From Bispira polyomma (lineage: Eukaryota): 64,000 nucleotides of DNA. The position numbers and the translations under genes were made by a program. The stretch spans positions 36,270,001-36,334,000 of the forward strand of contig OZ287756.1 of NCBI GenBank assembly GCA_965649765.1. Reading direction: 5' to 3'. Within the stretch, counting starts at the first letter, position 1; every line of letters begins with the position of its first letter. Under the pieces are notes generated by a model. That model was not told where the DNA came from. It made no database searches and saw only the letters and a program-made list of their open reading frames with translations. Shown here piece after piece: positions 24,850-38,720 of the stretch.

Positions 24850-25400
24850 CGTGAAAGGCACCAGTAGACGTCATAATTTTTGTATTTGTACGTCAAAACC
24901 TGTAAGGTCTCGGAGGGGATGCTTATATGCACGTCAAAGTACGAATTTTATCCCTCGTATGGCACATATAAGTATGCCAATACACGTAAAAGAATGTCAT
25001 TCTTTTACATTAAAGTACGTTAATTTCATTAAACCACGTCATTTATTATGTTATATCTACATAATTCTACTTAATCTGTCGCAAAAGTATGTCAATAGAC
25101 GTTTATGTACATGTGCTTCCGTCAGCTTGTAAGTATTGCAGCATAATGACGCACATTTACACACTGTGACGCATATCCACGTTGACCCATGCGAATTGTC
25201 GCAATGCTCACGCGAAAGTTCACTCTTGCTCTTGCTAGTCTCTTGCTTGTCCAAATTTCAAACTGTTTAAAATTATAAATTTTTTGCGTCTCATCTCTCA
25301 CGCCATGTTATGTATGTTTATGTATATTACATCAGCTCCCGCAAATACTACACAAAACCTACGCAAATTTATTTTCAAACGACTTATAACATGACAGCCG
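24850..25400. mobile_element. Non-autonomous element related to the Harbinger-derived element at 9215-10080
   Basis: 25250-25400 aligns with 9900-10045 (aaattataaattttttgcgt...aaaacctacgcaaatt...aaacga); CpG-richer than its flanks. Confidence 0.5.
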
Positions 25401-25479
25401 GTGAGACCAGGACATTAAGATAATGTTATATACCTGGTTAAGTAATAATTGTCAGTCTGATAGAATGTTACTCTCTTAC

Positions 25480-25650
25480 AAACTGACTAGTTGGAGTTTA
25501 GAGTGACTTTCGACACGTTTTATTAGTGGCATATTACGACAGTTTACTGGTGCACGAAACCAGTACAGTTGGTCAAGCAGGAAACCAAGAACCTACGACC
25601 TCAGAGATGAGAGGCAACTGTGTTACCAGTACACCGAAGACCTCCTTTTT
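25480..25650 (-). mobile_element. tRNA-derived SINE fragment
   Basis: Reversed SINE head (acctacgacctcagagatgagaggcaactgtgttaccagtacacc); a similar head lies at ~52370-52425. Confidence 0.5.
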
Positions 25651-26744
25651 GGTCAGAAGAACAACTATAAACTGTTACCTGGCAAGATTGTATGCCAGTT
25701 AAAAGAATAAAATACAGCAGAGATTGACCTTACCTTTCTATAGAATTGATAAATGGGAACTCCATGTTGTGGACTCCACATATAAATATCCAACTTGTTA
25801 GATAAGAGGATTTAACACCATCACACATTATGTTACTTCTTTATCCAGACTCAGCCATGATTTAAATCCCCTCTCTCCTGATTATGGTATTTACTGCAAC
25901 TAGACTTCTAAATCCATCTCATACATAATCATCTCCAATCTGACACTAATTTAAGATTATACAAAACCAGGATTCAATCTTTGAAAAGAAACTCGAGCTC
26001 AATCCATACTCAATTCAGCTGAAGGCAATATAAAACTTGTGTATGTAGACATAATCTTTTCTTCTAACCATTCATTTTAATAGAGATTTTAAGTAACTGA
26101 ACTTGAGCCTGAGTTAAACTTAAGATGTTTGCAGAATACTGCATTAGTTCATTGTCTTTCACATAATAATTCCACCACTCTCCTTAGTTCACTCTTTTCT
26201 TCAAATTTTAGGGTACATAAATTAAGCACAATTGTTCCAGTTCCTTGAAGTTCCATGTTAAAAAAATTTGAAATTATCTCAATTCATTAAAGTACCAATT
26301 GTCCCAAACTTCGGCCAGTAGACTGTATATAGTTTGATACTTTCCGAGCTGACCTCAATAAGGTGTGGAAGCATTTGTAGGAAGGGTAAACAAGCCCAGT
26401 TTTAGTTCTCTTCTATTGCCAGGGGAATTATACTCTGCTTTAGGCCTCTGAGAAGCCAATTAATTGCTGTGTCTAGCTTTTGACTGATATAAATGGCCAG
26501 ATTGGTGAAGCTCTGTGCCTTGTCACTTGTGCCATTAGATAAATATAGTGTCTTAACAATGTGCTGATGACTGCACCATTTCGGCTCCTTAAATAGCACA
26601 TGGCCGGTAAAGTTCCACCCTGTACATTCCTTTAACTGTGGTGTAAATTTGGAGAACTCCTTATTACAACCCTGTCTTTTAGCATAACATGTTTACCAAA
26701 ATGTGCCATTCATATATTAGAGTAATTTGCAATGTATTATTATC

Positions 26745-26900
26745 AAAACATTGTAGCGGTAATCAAATTTTTAGGCGCTAATCAAATTCTAAAGTTCTTA
26801 TCAAAATCAAATTCCAAAGTGCTAATCAATTTCTAAAGACCTAAACAATTTCTAAGGCGGTAAACAAATTCTCAGCAGCTAAATGAATTAGTAAGGTGCT
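26745..26900. repeat. Degenerate ~20 bp tandem repeat
   Basis: aatcaaatttctaaggcgct-like units. Confidence 0.75.
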
Positions 26901-29070
26901 TGTGTAAACACACAAATGGTACATTATTAACTTATAGTAAACTAAGCTTGTATGTGCAGCTTTAGTATTTATAATACAGGTTTTTTTCTAAATAACCAAG
27001 CTAGAGGTACGGTGCAATATTGTGTAAAAATGAAAACATTCCTGCATCTGGAAAAAAAGTGAAAAAAATGATGGGTCAGGAAAATAGTAAAAAGTAAATG
27101 AATTCTTGAATCTGCCCCTAACTGCAGATCAACTGCACAATTTACTGGATTCTTTCATCCACCAAGTTTGATGTCACTGGGTTTAGTAGTTTCTGTGTAA
27201 TTCTGGTGACAAAGAAACCAACCAATGGACACAGGTTAAAAGAACCCCTTATTTAAACTTCTTGCTAAGTTAACTAAAAGCATGACAAATAATAAAACAC
27301 TGTTAAAGCATCACGTGAGGAAGTCTGTTATGAACACAAACATTGCATGTCATCTTTGAAAGCAACGAGGTAAAAGCTTTGTCCACATCAAGGCTGGACT
27401 TTCATCAAATTCTACACCCACACAACAAATTAGGGCATCAACCTAGTAACTTCAAATTAAGGATTTTCAGCAAAAAATTGTAAAAAAGTTATTCTGTAAG
27501 AAATAAAAAAAATAGATTGAATATTTTAGCATATTATTTTTTTTACTAATTTGCATTAAAAACAGACTGTTGCATTTTAGAAGATGTCTGGCATCAATTA
27601 GGCGCCTTAAAATCTTATTACATATTGATAAAAATTCTAACCGCAAATTGCAAAGTTGCAAAACACAATAATTTTATCAAAATGCTTGAAGATATTAACG
27701 CATACACAGCACATACATAACACATACACATCCTTTTTACACACCTGGCAGAAATCTCTGCAAATCTAAAAGTATATTTTTCCACACAAGGTTCTGTATA
27801 AAAGAAGATTTTGTTTCTCTCAACAATTTGTTACCTTGTGTTATTCGAACGTACAGATTAGCCTCTAACATCCAGGAAAGTGTCCAACAGGAGAAAATAT
27901 AAGTGGACTATAAGATTATCAAAGTCTTTTCAAAATGACTGATGTTGGGTAAAGTAGCTGGATATGTTATTATTGCCTTGCCATTGTGCTACTACTTTCC
28001 ACTGTTGGTCAGTTTCATGTTTAACCCACCTAAGATGACGTCACACTGGAGAGATACTAGACTCACTGACTTGGTAAAGTAGCTGTATATGTTATTAATT
28101 GACAAGGACCAGACTCCCCAACTCACTGCCCTCCCCCTCTTCCATATCAATGACTACCAGTCAAATCTTTGTCCACTCAGCCATTAGCTACAACCCACCT
28201 TTATTAACCACATCTTTGTACTATTAATCTCATCACTAACACAGTCTTTCTAGTACTATTATTACAAGTTATGGGTATTTATTTGAATAATTATGCATGT
28301 AGATCTAGTAAGATCAAATGGAAATAACTTTTACAGCATTAGACGGAATAACACTCCTTGACCAAAATTAGTGGACTGAAGCTAAATCAATATAAGCAGT
28401 TGGAAACTAGAATTCATTCTACATTGGCTATTGGTGTGTAGAATGTAACCTACAATTTATTCCAGTATTGCTCACTATTACTCAAAATTACTAAGCTACC
28501 TTAAGCTTTAGTTTGGCAGTGTGAATTGATAAATAAATAGCTTGACAATATTGAAACTAATATTAAAAATATAATAACTGTTATCTTCTTGCATCAGCGG
28601 TGTTATAGTCAGCATATTTCTATGCTATTATTTATTCTTGGCACTCTATCTCCCTCACCATGTGGGACTCCAAGCACTATTGATCATGGTGATATGTATA
28701 CCGTCCCTATCCACCTTTCTGAATAAATCCACACTGTACGCTGTCACCAATAAGCATAAACTGCAAGATTGTATTTTAGTAAAATGAAGTTGAGAAGTTG
28801 TTTGCAGTTAAAAACATATATCATATAGCAGCTGCATAGAAGTGGAATTTGACATTCTGATGGGTGCTGATTATGGCAATAAGGAGAGTAAAGGGAGAAC
28901 AGTAAAAGACCAAAGGCAGATTGTCCTTGTGGAACTCAAAAGTGAATTAGCTTTGGAAAAGAAATATGTGAGGCGACCTTTACCAGTCAGTTAAATAAAA
29001 GGTAAGTCATCTGAGTGTGGTATGCATATACATATGCATATGCATGGAATTAAACAGGTTTTAAACACAT

Positions 29071-29350
29071 GGTCTCCCGTGGCCTAGTGGTTAGGGAGTT
29101 TGTCTGGTGATAAGAGAGCCCCCAGTTCAACTTCCAGTGTGGGAGTTGATTAAGTGATCAATAGGTCCCTGGTTCCACTCCTGCTGATGCCGCTAGCTTC
29201 ATTGGTGGGATAACATCTTTGTGCAAAATGGGACATGCTATTGCCTACTGATGATGACTCAGGCTTTATGTTGTAGCACACACGATTGGTTGATTCGGCT
29301 CTTGCGCTTTAGATGATGCCTCGCATCAAAAAAGCACATTAAAAATATCT
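29071..29350 (+). mobile_element. Full-length tRNA-derived SINE with L2-derived 3' tail
   Basis: A box tggcctagtgg and B-box-like agttcaactt. The 3' end gcgctttagatgatgcctcgcatcaaaaaagcacattaaaaat matches the L2 3' end at 36904-36966(-). Confidence 0.8.
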
Positions 29351-31279
29351 TGATATATATTGGACAGATTTTTAAAAAATCTAAACGTTAACACTAAGAA
29401 AAAACCACCCCAAAACATTCTTACATGCAAAACAGCGAGCCTGAGTTATATAGAGCATAGGGTCAATAAAACAATGTCATGTAAGATGATTTTATGTTGA
29501 ACAAATGTCCCAGTGGAGCAATAAAAGTCAGTAGTTCTTGCCCTTTGTGATTCATCACGCGATGACATGGAATACTGATACCTAATTAACATCAATTGTT
29601 TACTTAACATATATGTATAAATATTCTTTTGGTGAAGTTCAGATATTTGACGTTGTAATTCCAGCTGGAAAAAAGTTTTACTAATTTTAAGAAATTCACT
29701 TGACTTAATTTTTTATTGGATAATTTTTAGTTTTACAATCTCCCTTTATATGTTATTCCTGATATGCTTTAGTTGGTCAACAAATCTCATATCATTTAGC
29801 ATAAAGAACTCTTATAAGTAACAGGACATTTCCTAGTCAAGAGCTCTATTCCTCAGCCGATTTAAAGTGATGTGTTTGAGGGAATACACAAATTATAAGA
29901 GTACATTATGTTATTGAGGTTATGCATTATCATAACTAGAACTCTCCAGACTTTGTTAGTTTATAAGAAATAAGAACCTTCTACAATGATACTAACATTT
30001 TGGACGATTAAGGGTGAAATTACCAAAGTTTTCTAACTTGCAGCTTTGATGCTTTTCCTTCTTTTCTACGAAGAGAAAACCTAATTTAGAACAATCTTAT
30101 TGATGTTTAAATAACTAAAAATATAGCATGGTTTTTGAAAAAAATTCCAGCTTTTTGTCATTTTTGACAGAGAGGTGAGCTGTTTTCAGGTAGAGTGACC
30201 TGATTTTTTTGCGGATTAAAACATATTAAAAAGATTGTGTTTATCAAGGTGAGTTGTAACCTGAGAAACAAATGTTCTTCCAACCGACTTGGAGTTAAAG
30301 CATCAGCCAGATGCTGGCTCAAACCTATGAAACTTAAACATGCTGCATTTTCTTACTCACCTAATGCATGACTCGATGACGCTGAATTATTATACTCTGT
30401 CCGGCGGGATCATGTAGCTGTCATACAAAACAGGCACTTTTCACACAACAATCTTTTAACCAGAACCCGAATTATGGGAACGAACGAGAAATGTCCAAGA
30501 GAAGGTACTATTTGTGATGATTAAAACAGAATAAAAGAAAGAATAACAGAAATATAGATCTATATGTTGTTGTTTTTTTCATTTCATGATGACATTTGAG
30601 TATTTTTCCTAATGTTAAGCAGCATTAAACAGAGAAAGAAACTCTCCTGCTGTGCTTATTATAACTGAGGTGTTATTATATCCACATTCTGGTAGATCTC
30701 AGAAATCAAAGAGGACTAAAGACAAGGACAAATAGATTCCCCTTAATCTGCCAATTTACAGCTGATATTAAGCATAACAAGAGGGTTTGGCACAGTGGAA
30801 CACTTTGAGCGAAAGACAATTTGTCTGTGTAACCCTAAGGTCACAAGCCTATCCTTAGTTTTACCAAAAAAAAAAGTAGAATAAATTGGGACTCATAAAA
30901 AGAGACATTTGTGGAGAAAAGTAGATAGTAGTACCACAACTTAGATGTGGGATATTGATTTGTCACAGGTTCTTTCTTTAAAGATAACAATGAGGCTATT
31001 TGTATTTATACTGATGAGCCTCTATTTGTATAGGTTAGTTTGGGTTTATCTCTGTTATCAACACCTCTGGTGTCATAGCATGATGGGAATTACACTGGCA
31101 GTTGCTGGTTAACAGTGCAGAATATTGACCAACTAATATACAGTGGTTTCTTCCAGCACTGAAACCGCCGTTGTCATATGGCATACAATTTGTTGAAAGC
31201 TACGTTAAACCCAAATAAAAATCTTCTTGTCTCCAACCTCTGAAGCCTTGGGTTCGAATCTCTGTCACTGGTGTCTTTA

Positions 31280-32820
31280 TGGCAATCAATCCCTGGGTAA
31301 TGATAGCAAAACACTTCCTTATATGAGTAATACATGTATATGTGCTCCTGGGGTCCATTCCAGAACATAATATAGAACTATGTGATGTTTAAAAGTCTAT
31401 TAACAAGTTATTTAATGCAGCCTATTCTTTTCTAACCTTAGTCCTAAGTCAGTGAAACTTGCCCAACTGATTTGTAAGGTGTCCCCAACTCGGGACTATT
31501 TGTGACATGTATTTATCTCAAGCTTTAACACAACCCAATCTATGGTTTTTGGCTTTTACAAAGAAACCAGTTCAGATGAGCTACAGCTGAAATGTATTAA
31601 TCAAAAACTGCAATCTTTCTTAATGGGACTTGCTCTTCAAGGTTTACAAAAGGTTTATTTCAATCGTCTGACATTAAATCTACATTGAAGTGTCAAAGTA
31701 TAAAAATGGACTACATCTTTGAAACATTAATTTAAAATTACAAATGGCAATATCATTGGGATTTAATCAGAATCCTAAAATAGAATGTGCTGTATATATA
31801 CTGTCTTTTAGGGTGGTATGGTAATATGATTGTACTAAAATTTAAATTACTTTCAAAAGCACTAGTAACAACACCATACCCCTCTTTAATCTATACTTCT
31901 GTTATTTACATCTCAGTTATTTAGGAGACAATTTTGGTGACACTAAACATTTCAATATTTAAACATTTTTCACTGGTTTTTATGATGTAAATAATTATTG
32001 TTCTGTGTGAAGACTCTCTGATGCTGTGACTACTATCAGTGAATCTGTAACCCTCACCAGTAATTGTATTAGTATTGACCCCCACATGTCTATAGGATGG
32101 GTAGGTTATTGTCAGTCTTATTTTCTGGATGATTTGCCTTTGATTTCATGACAATCCAGACACGGTTGCTGTCTTACAATGCAACTATCAGACTTCACAG
32201 CTTATTAGTTTCTCACTCCAGCTTTGGGTGGACAATGTACTGTCGCTAACTATTTCTTCTGTCAATAAAGATCCCTGACACACATCATAATATAACATTG
32301 TATACGTATGACTGTTGTGTTCTTGCTTGAAATGTCGGTGGATGAAAATGTCATGTTTTACATGAACAATAATCCTTAAGTTTTTGACATTATGCATTAA
32401 AGGTTAAAAGAAATTTTAATTTTACACAAAGTATTGAGATTAAGTTTTGAGGTACACATTACCCTGACATAACAAAATACATGTATTGTAGTAAACACTA
32501 TGCAAATGTAATTTGCTTACAAAGAAATGCACTTCTAGCCACAGAGATTTATTCAGTAGCAACCTAATTTAGAGAGTGGACAAGGACAAAGCTTGCTATC
32601 CCACATAAGCCAGTGTTGTGTGTTTGTTTTGGCCATTATCGACCACTGATTAATACAAAGTTTTCTTATTGAACGAGACAAGAATACATTCCTCTGACTG
32701 TATATCAATTAAGGGAGTCTTACAGCACAATAACAGTTTGAAGAGCTAGGTACTAGATAGATTTGGATGAGATGTGATGAGACTCTGTCAATACAACAAT
32801 GATCTCACCCACAGTGTGGA
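31280..32820 (-). pseudogene. Decayed TLR/LRR ectodomain relic R3
   Basis: LRRCT-like HLNWFL...VTNSPELGTP; DNA similarity to 48150-48900 (e.g. gatttgcctttgatttc; cacagcttattagttt). Confidence 0.5.
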
Positions 32821-32824
32821 GACA

Positions 32825-33245
32825 GGTAATAGAACAATCTACTGCTATTGGCACAGATAGGTAATAGAACAATCTACTGCTGTTGGCACAAATATCTAAT
32901 AGAATAATCTACTGCTATTGGCACAAATAGGTAATAGAGCAATTTACTGCTATTGGCACAGATAGATAATAGAGCAATCTACTGCCATTGGCACAGATAA
33001 GTAATAGAACAATCTACTGATACTGGCACAAATAGGTAATAGAACAATCTACTGATATTGGCACAGATAGGTAATAGAGCAATTTACTGCTATTGGCACA
33101 GATAGGAAATAGGACAATTTACTGATATTGGCACAGATAGGAAATAGAGCAATTTACCGCTATTGGCACAGATAGGGAATAGAATAATTTACTGCTATTG
33201 ACACAATTAAGTAAAAGAACAAACTACTGCTATTGGCACAGATAA
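32825..33245. repeat. 35 bp minisatellite (~12 copies)
   Basis: Unit aggtaatagaacaatctactgctattggcacagat. Confidence 0.95.
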
Positions 33246-33449
33246 GTCCATTTAACCTTCCAAAAGCTAAAAAGTACTAACACGTATTTAATACTCTTAA
33301 CTGCTGTATTATTGATATTTTAAATTTCTAGCTCTAGCAATTTTAATCGCCATAAATAATATTTTTAAAAATCTGGTCAGCTAAGACTAAGACATTATTA
33401 AGAATGTTTTGAACATGTTTGTCCACTGAATATTTCAGATTGACTATTT

Positions 33450-35750
33450 TAAAGGAATGTATAATACAATTTTTTGGGGAGGAAAATCGTTGCTTGTCTT
33501 ATTTCTCTTTGATGACACAACTATTTACATCTAAGTACATTGTCAGTCATATTTGCAATGGAAGACCTTGTATTTACACTTGAGACTGTCCTGTTTACCA
33601 CTGTTTACTCTGACCTGTATTCACACTTGAGATTGTCCTGTTTACCACTGTTTACTCTGACCTGTATTCACACTTGAGATTGTCCTGTTTACCACTGTTT
33701 ACTCTGACCTGTATTCACACTTGAGATTGTCCTGTTTACCACTGTTTACTCTGACCTGTATTCACACTTGGCTTAGACCTGTCGTCTATCTGAAAACTCA
33801 ACTACTGCCAAGCCATTGTGCAATTTTGTGCAATTAAGTTTGATTGTTAAGCATAGTATTAATTTATTATTTAGTCATCATTATTTTTAGCCAGAGGCAT
33901 TGTAAGAAATATGGTAAAAATTAAAACTAAAATCATTTCATTTTTGCACTTCACAAACTAATCCTGGTTTGGCAATGTATTTGAACATCATAAATACACA
34001 CCAATGCTTGAATGTCTCATTTGTACTTTCACCAATTAGACAAAAACAGTTCATTAATACATTGTACTTTATGTCTACTTTTGTTTTCAACTTTTGTTTT
34101 CCATGTCACCTCATGACCCCTCCCCATCCCTTCCCCAACACTTAAATATAAAAAAAGGCTTATTATAAATATTATAGGCTTGCTACTAAGTAATTAGTGA
34201 TATTTTTTATTAACAGAAACAATATTTTTGTAACAATGCATCAAAACATCGACATTGTGGTCACAAAGAAATAGAAAAAAACAAACAATTTACAAATGTA
34301 TTTTGTCTCTCTTATACCCATGTTCCACTATGCCGATCATACCCCCGACCTTAACGATAATAAGTTGGGGGCTATTATGGTGGACGATTTGCCCCACTAA
34401 CGACTTATTTCTTGATGAAAAGACTTTTTCTATCAGGGAGGTTGCAGAGGTTTTCAAACATGTTAAATGACCTTTGAGATTGAGTGTGTATCGGCCGATC
34501 AGTCGACCCCCCTCCAGACTTATCTTATTCTTGCAATGACTTATCTCTTTCACTTAACACTTATCTTTTCCTTTCAACTACTTATTGTTTGATAAAAAGA
34601 CTGAACTCCTCTAAGATTTAAAAATTTCACCTCAAACAGCAAGGATTGCTAACTTATCTTTATAAGATCGTGGTGGTGACCTATCTTTTTCAGTTAAGAC
34701 TTATCTTTTCCTTCCAATGACTTATCTTTTCCTTCCAAAGACTTATCCTAATGACCCTTCAGACTTATCTTTTCAATCTTTATATGCAAATTTTTCCGCC
34801 TTTTTTAAATATCATGGGGAAATGCCAATGATTGGCCAGGATGCTTAGATTAACAACACTATAGGAATACATATGAAGATTAGAGGCAGGTTTGTTAATA
34901 TAGTTCATATTTATCAGTAAAACAGTGATTTCATCTTCATTTATCTGACAGTTGATAAAGCAGCTATGGGTGTCCCCCATTCAAGGCACACTTAACTGAG
35001 ATGGGTTCCCATTGTACTTACGTATATGGTGAACAAAATCTTACCAAATGGGCCATAAACTCATTTAACTCTTTAGTTTCTGGGTTTTATTGACACATAA
35101 TGTTGTTAAATTACATTTCCCTGGATTTGAATGGTTTGCTCAGTAACATATTAACTATAGATGTTAAGTCACATCAGTTTTAAATCTCAGATTTTTTAAA
35201 TAGGAGAATGCTTCTCCATCTGGACAAGTGTGGACAGAGTGGCAACCAGTAAACTTTTTACTCTTTGTTAGTAACTACATTAGCGCTGGTCTTTCTCTAA
35301 TTTTTGATGAGGTCCATTTTTTCATTGAAACATATGATACAAAACTATATTAATATAACGTTACTAAGATTATAATTTTTGTACTACACATTTAGTTTTG
35401 TTTGTAAAGAATTTTATAAAAGAAGCACATTTTTTAGGTTTTATAATAGTTTGAGACTTAACTTTCAGCTTACATGAAGTTGTTTACACTAAAAAGTGTG
35501 TAAATGTATTTCGCATTGATGGAGATCCACTTTTGGACACAGATTTATTCAGTACCAAATTAATTTAAAAAGTGGAAAAAAACTAATACTTTTATTCTAC
35601 TTAAGCCAGTGTTGTTCAGAGTAATTTAAAGTTTTCTTATCCATTCAATCAAGACAGGAATAATTTGCTGATAACATTTTGTTTTTATAGCTACTGTCTA
35701 TATAATATGATATATCTACCAAACTGTTGAAAGTATCGACGGAGAGAGTT
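33450..35750 (-). pseudogene. Decayed TLR/LRR ectodomain relic R4 (contains a 47 bp repeat and an insertion at ~34250-34810)
   Basis: LRRCT-like NCTMAW at ~33805-33825, shared with 50000-50020; 34860-35200 aligns with 61190-61730 and 51160-51310. Confidence 0.55.
33569..33770. repeat. 47 bp tandem repeat (~4.3 copies)
   Basis: Unit tgtattcacacttgagattgtcctgtttaccactgtttactctgacc. Confidence 0.95.
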
Positions 35751-35889
35751 CTCTATGAAATATCCTGATTGATACCGCATGACGAAATAAACCAACATTT
35801 ATATGTCAGAAAACACAAACTTTGCTCTCCTTGGCTCCTCCAAATGCAAGGCAACACAGTGGAGGAAACTAGGTCAAACTATTTATAAA

Positions 35890-36900
35890 AATTCATACTT
35901 TGACAACTTTTAGTGTTATATTACATAATTTACAAGCCTATATTACATTTAATGTCTGTGTATGGACCCCCCTAAAACATCATAAGATCATTGCTCTTCT
36001 TAGTCTGAATTGCCTTCACAATATACTTAAGATAGATGTAGAACTACCACTAGACCCCATTGTTATTTACCCAGAAAATATCATATCAGACTGGGAAATT
36101 ATATTTTTGTAACACAATAGTGGAAGCTTTCTTTATCATTGGTATTAGGTTTCTGTAGACACTACCTGTCTCAATTGTAAGTTCTCTGTGGATGTATTTT
36201 CTTTCATTCTTTGTCATGAGTAGAAAATTTGTTTCAATGACATGAATGAAAATTAAAAATCAGGTTTTACTCAGAATTCTATTTTATTCTAATAAAAAAT
36301 ATATAAAATTTGTGCATATGGAAGGTTCTTATCTAAACAGCTTTAAGTACTGAATTTGTAGATGGACTAGATTGTAGATTACTTTTATAATGTTAGCCAA
36401 AATATGGAAGCCTCAGATTTGACCTTCAATCCTCGTTTTAACTATCTCTCTTGTTTACACTGTATCAATAAATATAATTTTTTTAATTTAAACATACATA
36501 TTAAATATTAAGACAGTCCAATCTGTCAATACAGGGGGCTTGTAAATATGATTTGTATGTACATGTAAATATCTATTAAATGATCGGTAGGAGACGTGTT
36601 GTTACTAAATCTGCATTAGAATGATGGGATACTTTGTCATTATCTTGTTCTTATAGTTTCTGTGATAAATACAAGAGATGTTCAGTGTTCACACCGGGGA
36701 CTATCTGTCTCCTCGCCAGTGTTTACTCTGGCTGGATGAGAACAAACTTGTAACTAACCCAAAACTCGGCACTAAACTAGCTTTTAACATGTCTTTTCTC
36801 ACAACACGACAGGCAGTTCACTGGTGGAGGAAATCAGAACAGGGGGAGTTGATCGAGGGTTTCTGCTCTGTAAACCACTGGCCTTTATGACCTGGTCACA
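35890..36900 (-). pseudogene. Decayed TLR relic R5, TIR-TM-LRRCT part; probably continues at ~38720-40100 and ~47550-48100
   Basis: Colinear with 54090-54800 plus 60244-60540; shares the FWVNNNGV*W segment (ccactagaccccattgttatttacccagaaa, ~36047-36077). 47570-48060 aligns with 60620-61170. Confidence 0.65.
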
Positions 36901-36903
36901 CCT

Positions 36904-37978
36904 TTTTATTATTATTATTATGAATTTTTAACGTGCTTTATTGATGCTAGGCATCTTCTAAAGCGCAACAGCAGAATCATTCGCCCAATTTTTAAGTCCA
37001 TGGGCATTGCAAAGTCATAAAGAAGGAAGTGGGAGCGTGCACGAGGGTTAGCTAAGGTGGGTAGGCAAGGTTAAACAGATAGGTTTTTCCTAAAACTGAT
37101 AAGTGTGTCAACTGATCTGAGGTCAACTGGGAGACTGTTCATAACTGTAGAGCTGCAGTGGAGAATGCGCTGAATCCCGCCTTCCTGATTGGTCTGATCG
37201 AAGAGACGGAGAGTCTGTTGCCTCTCTTGTGGTTACTGAAGGAGAGAAGGGAAGCAAGGTAGGGGGCTGTTGAGTGACTACAGCCTTAAAAGTAGTAACG
37301 TGAATCTTGAACAAAATGCGAGAATGAATGGGCAGCCAGTGTAATTTTTTTGAGGTAAGGAGTGACGTTTGTGCGACAACCCAGGCGAAAATGTCTCTAC
37401 ATAGGTAGTTTTGGATGGACTGGAGCTTTTTAATGTGTGACTTGTTTGCTCAAGAGAGAGCTGCAGTAGTCGAGGTGGCTACTCACAACGGCATTTGCCA
37501 CACTTATCGCTGTGTCCATGGACAAGTGGTTTCTGATTCTTTTGATGTCGCGTATATGATAATAGCAAGAGCGACAGATGTTGGCAATATGAGTGTCGAA
37601 CGAAAAAGCTGAATCAAAAGTGACACCCAGTTTTTGGGCATTTTCGGAAGGTAGTATGTCTTTTCCCAGCAGGGAGATGGGAAACAAAGATTTAAGAAGT
37701 TCACTGTTTTTCTTGTTTCCTATGAGGATGAATTCTGTTTTGTCTGGGTTAAATTTTAATTTGGAGTAGTTCATCCACGCCTGGACATCAGACAGACAGT
37801 CTGCAAGTAGGTCTATGTTTGTATTTGCATTGTGTGGATTGAGAGACAGATACACTTGAGTGTCATCTGCATACATGTGGTGTTTTATATTATGTTTATT
37901 GATGACAGTGCTGAGAGGATGTGTATAAAGGGTGAAAAGTAGAGGGCCAGGGACGGATCCCTGGGGTACTTCATACAC
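36904..37978 (-). mobile_element. 5'-truncated L2-clade LINE with intact 3' end
   Basis: [26 protein letters not shown] and LDYCSSLL motifs; 3' tail ending in (TAA)n at 36904-36925. Confidence 0.93.
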
Positions 37979-37979
37979 G

Positions 37980-38720
37980 TTCTAGAGCTTCGTTTGTGTC
38001 ACATTGTGTTAATGTTAGAAACGTTTTGAAACATAACAGAAAGTGAGTATCCCTGGTGCTTTCGTTCCGTGACATTGATTAACAGATGGTATCATTCCGG
38101 AAACATCTTCGTTCCGTCTTCTGCATGTATTGTTTCAAACTGTTTGAAACAATTCAGTCACAGCCCCCGTTTATCCCCGTTTCTCTGTCTGTCCACGAGC
38201 ATTCCCGAAAGTAGCATAGACGTATCAGTAAGTAGCTCCGCACAGTAGTAGGTATCGAGGAAGTCCCAGTAAGTATTGAGATCGTCTCTACTCGTCTATG
38301 TTAGTCGAGAAAGTTTCACTAAGTACAGAAGGCAGCAGAACGCAGCCGTAAGTAGCAGTACATTAGCGCTACGTAGTAGTAGGTAGTGATATCCTACCAG
38401 TAAAGGGTCCGTTTTTTGCCCCCTCTTTGTGTGTATAAGTACCAACATCGTCACAGAACCTCATCAAACGTCACTGAATGTCACAATCGACACCCCTCTT
38501 TTTGAAAATGACGTCACTTTGACAAGAAGCACCACGTTTTCAGTTTATATTGATTTGCTACGTTGTGGGACGTTAGCACGTGTAGGTGTGACCAGGTCAT
38601 GAGCATGTCTACTGCTGACTTTCCTACATACACACCATGACTGAGATTCAAATTCACGATAGCAGAGATGGAAACCGAGTGTTTTAAAGCTACACCACCG
38701 AGGTTCCCTACAACCAAGCT
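37980..38720. mobile_element. Unclassified CpG-rich repeat insertion
   Basis: Abrupt composition shift with agtagc-rich internal repeats, no coding motifs, lying between the L2 and the LRR relic. Confidence 0.35.

Larger units (their letters stand above)
25740..30100 (-). pseudogene. Decayed TLR relic R2, possibly with two TIR domains
   Basis: LRR-like pieces (SFTVLPLLSLL ~28875-28910; QLLYF-NISFN ~28550-28580; HLILLDLH ~28300; TFLDVRG ~27865), PNLLCGC (~27415-27435), a hydrophobic stretch at ~27260-27345, and TIR-like segments at ~26330-26660 and ~25850-26060. Confidence 0.5.

Noticed and set aside
28830-28995. Plus-strand peptide EVEFDILM...IVLVELKS resembling a PD-(D/E)xK nuclease motif
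   Set aside because: Short and unsupported by other exons. The opposite strand reads as LRR, consistent with the surrounding relic R2.
29071-29146. tRNA gene
   Set aside because: Degenerate T-arm and continuation into a body with a LINE-derived tail show it is a SINE head.
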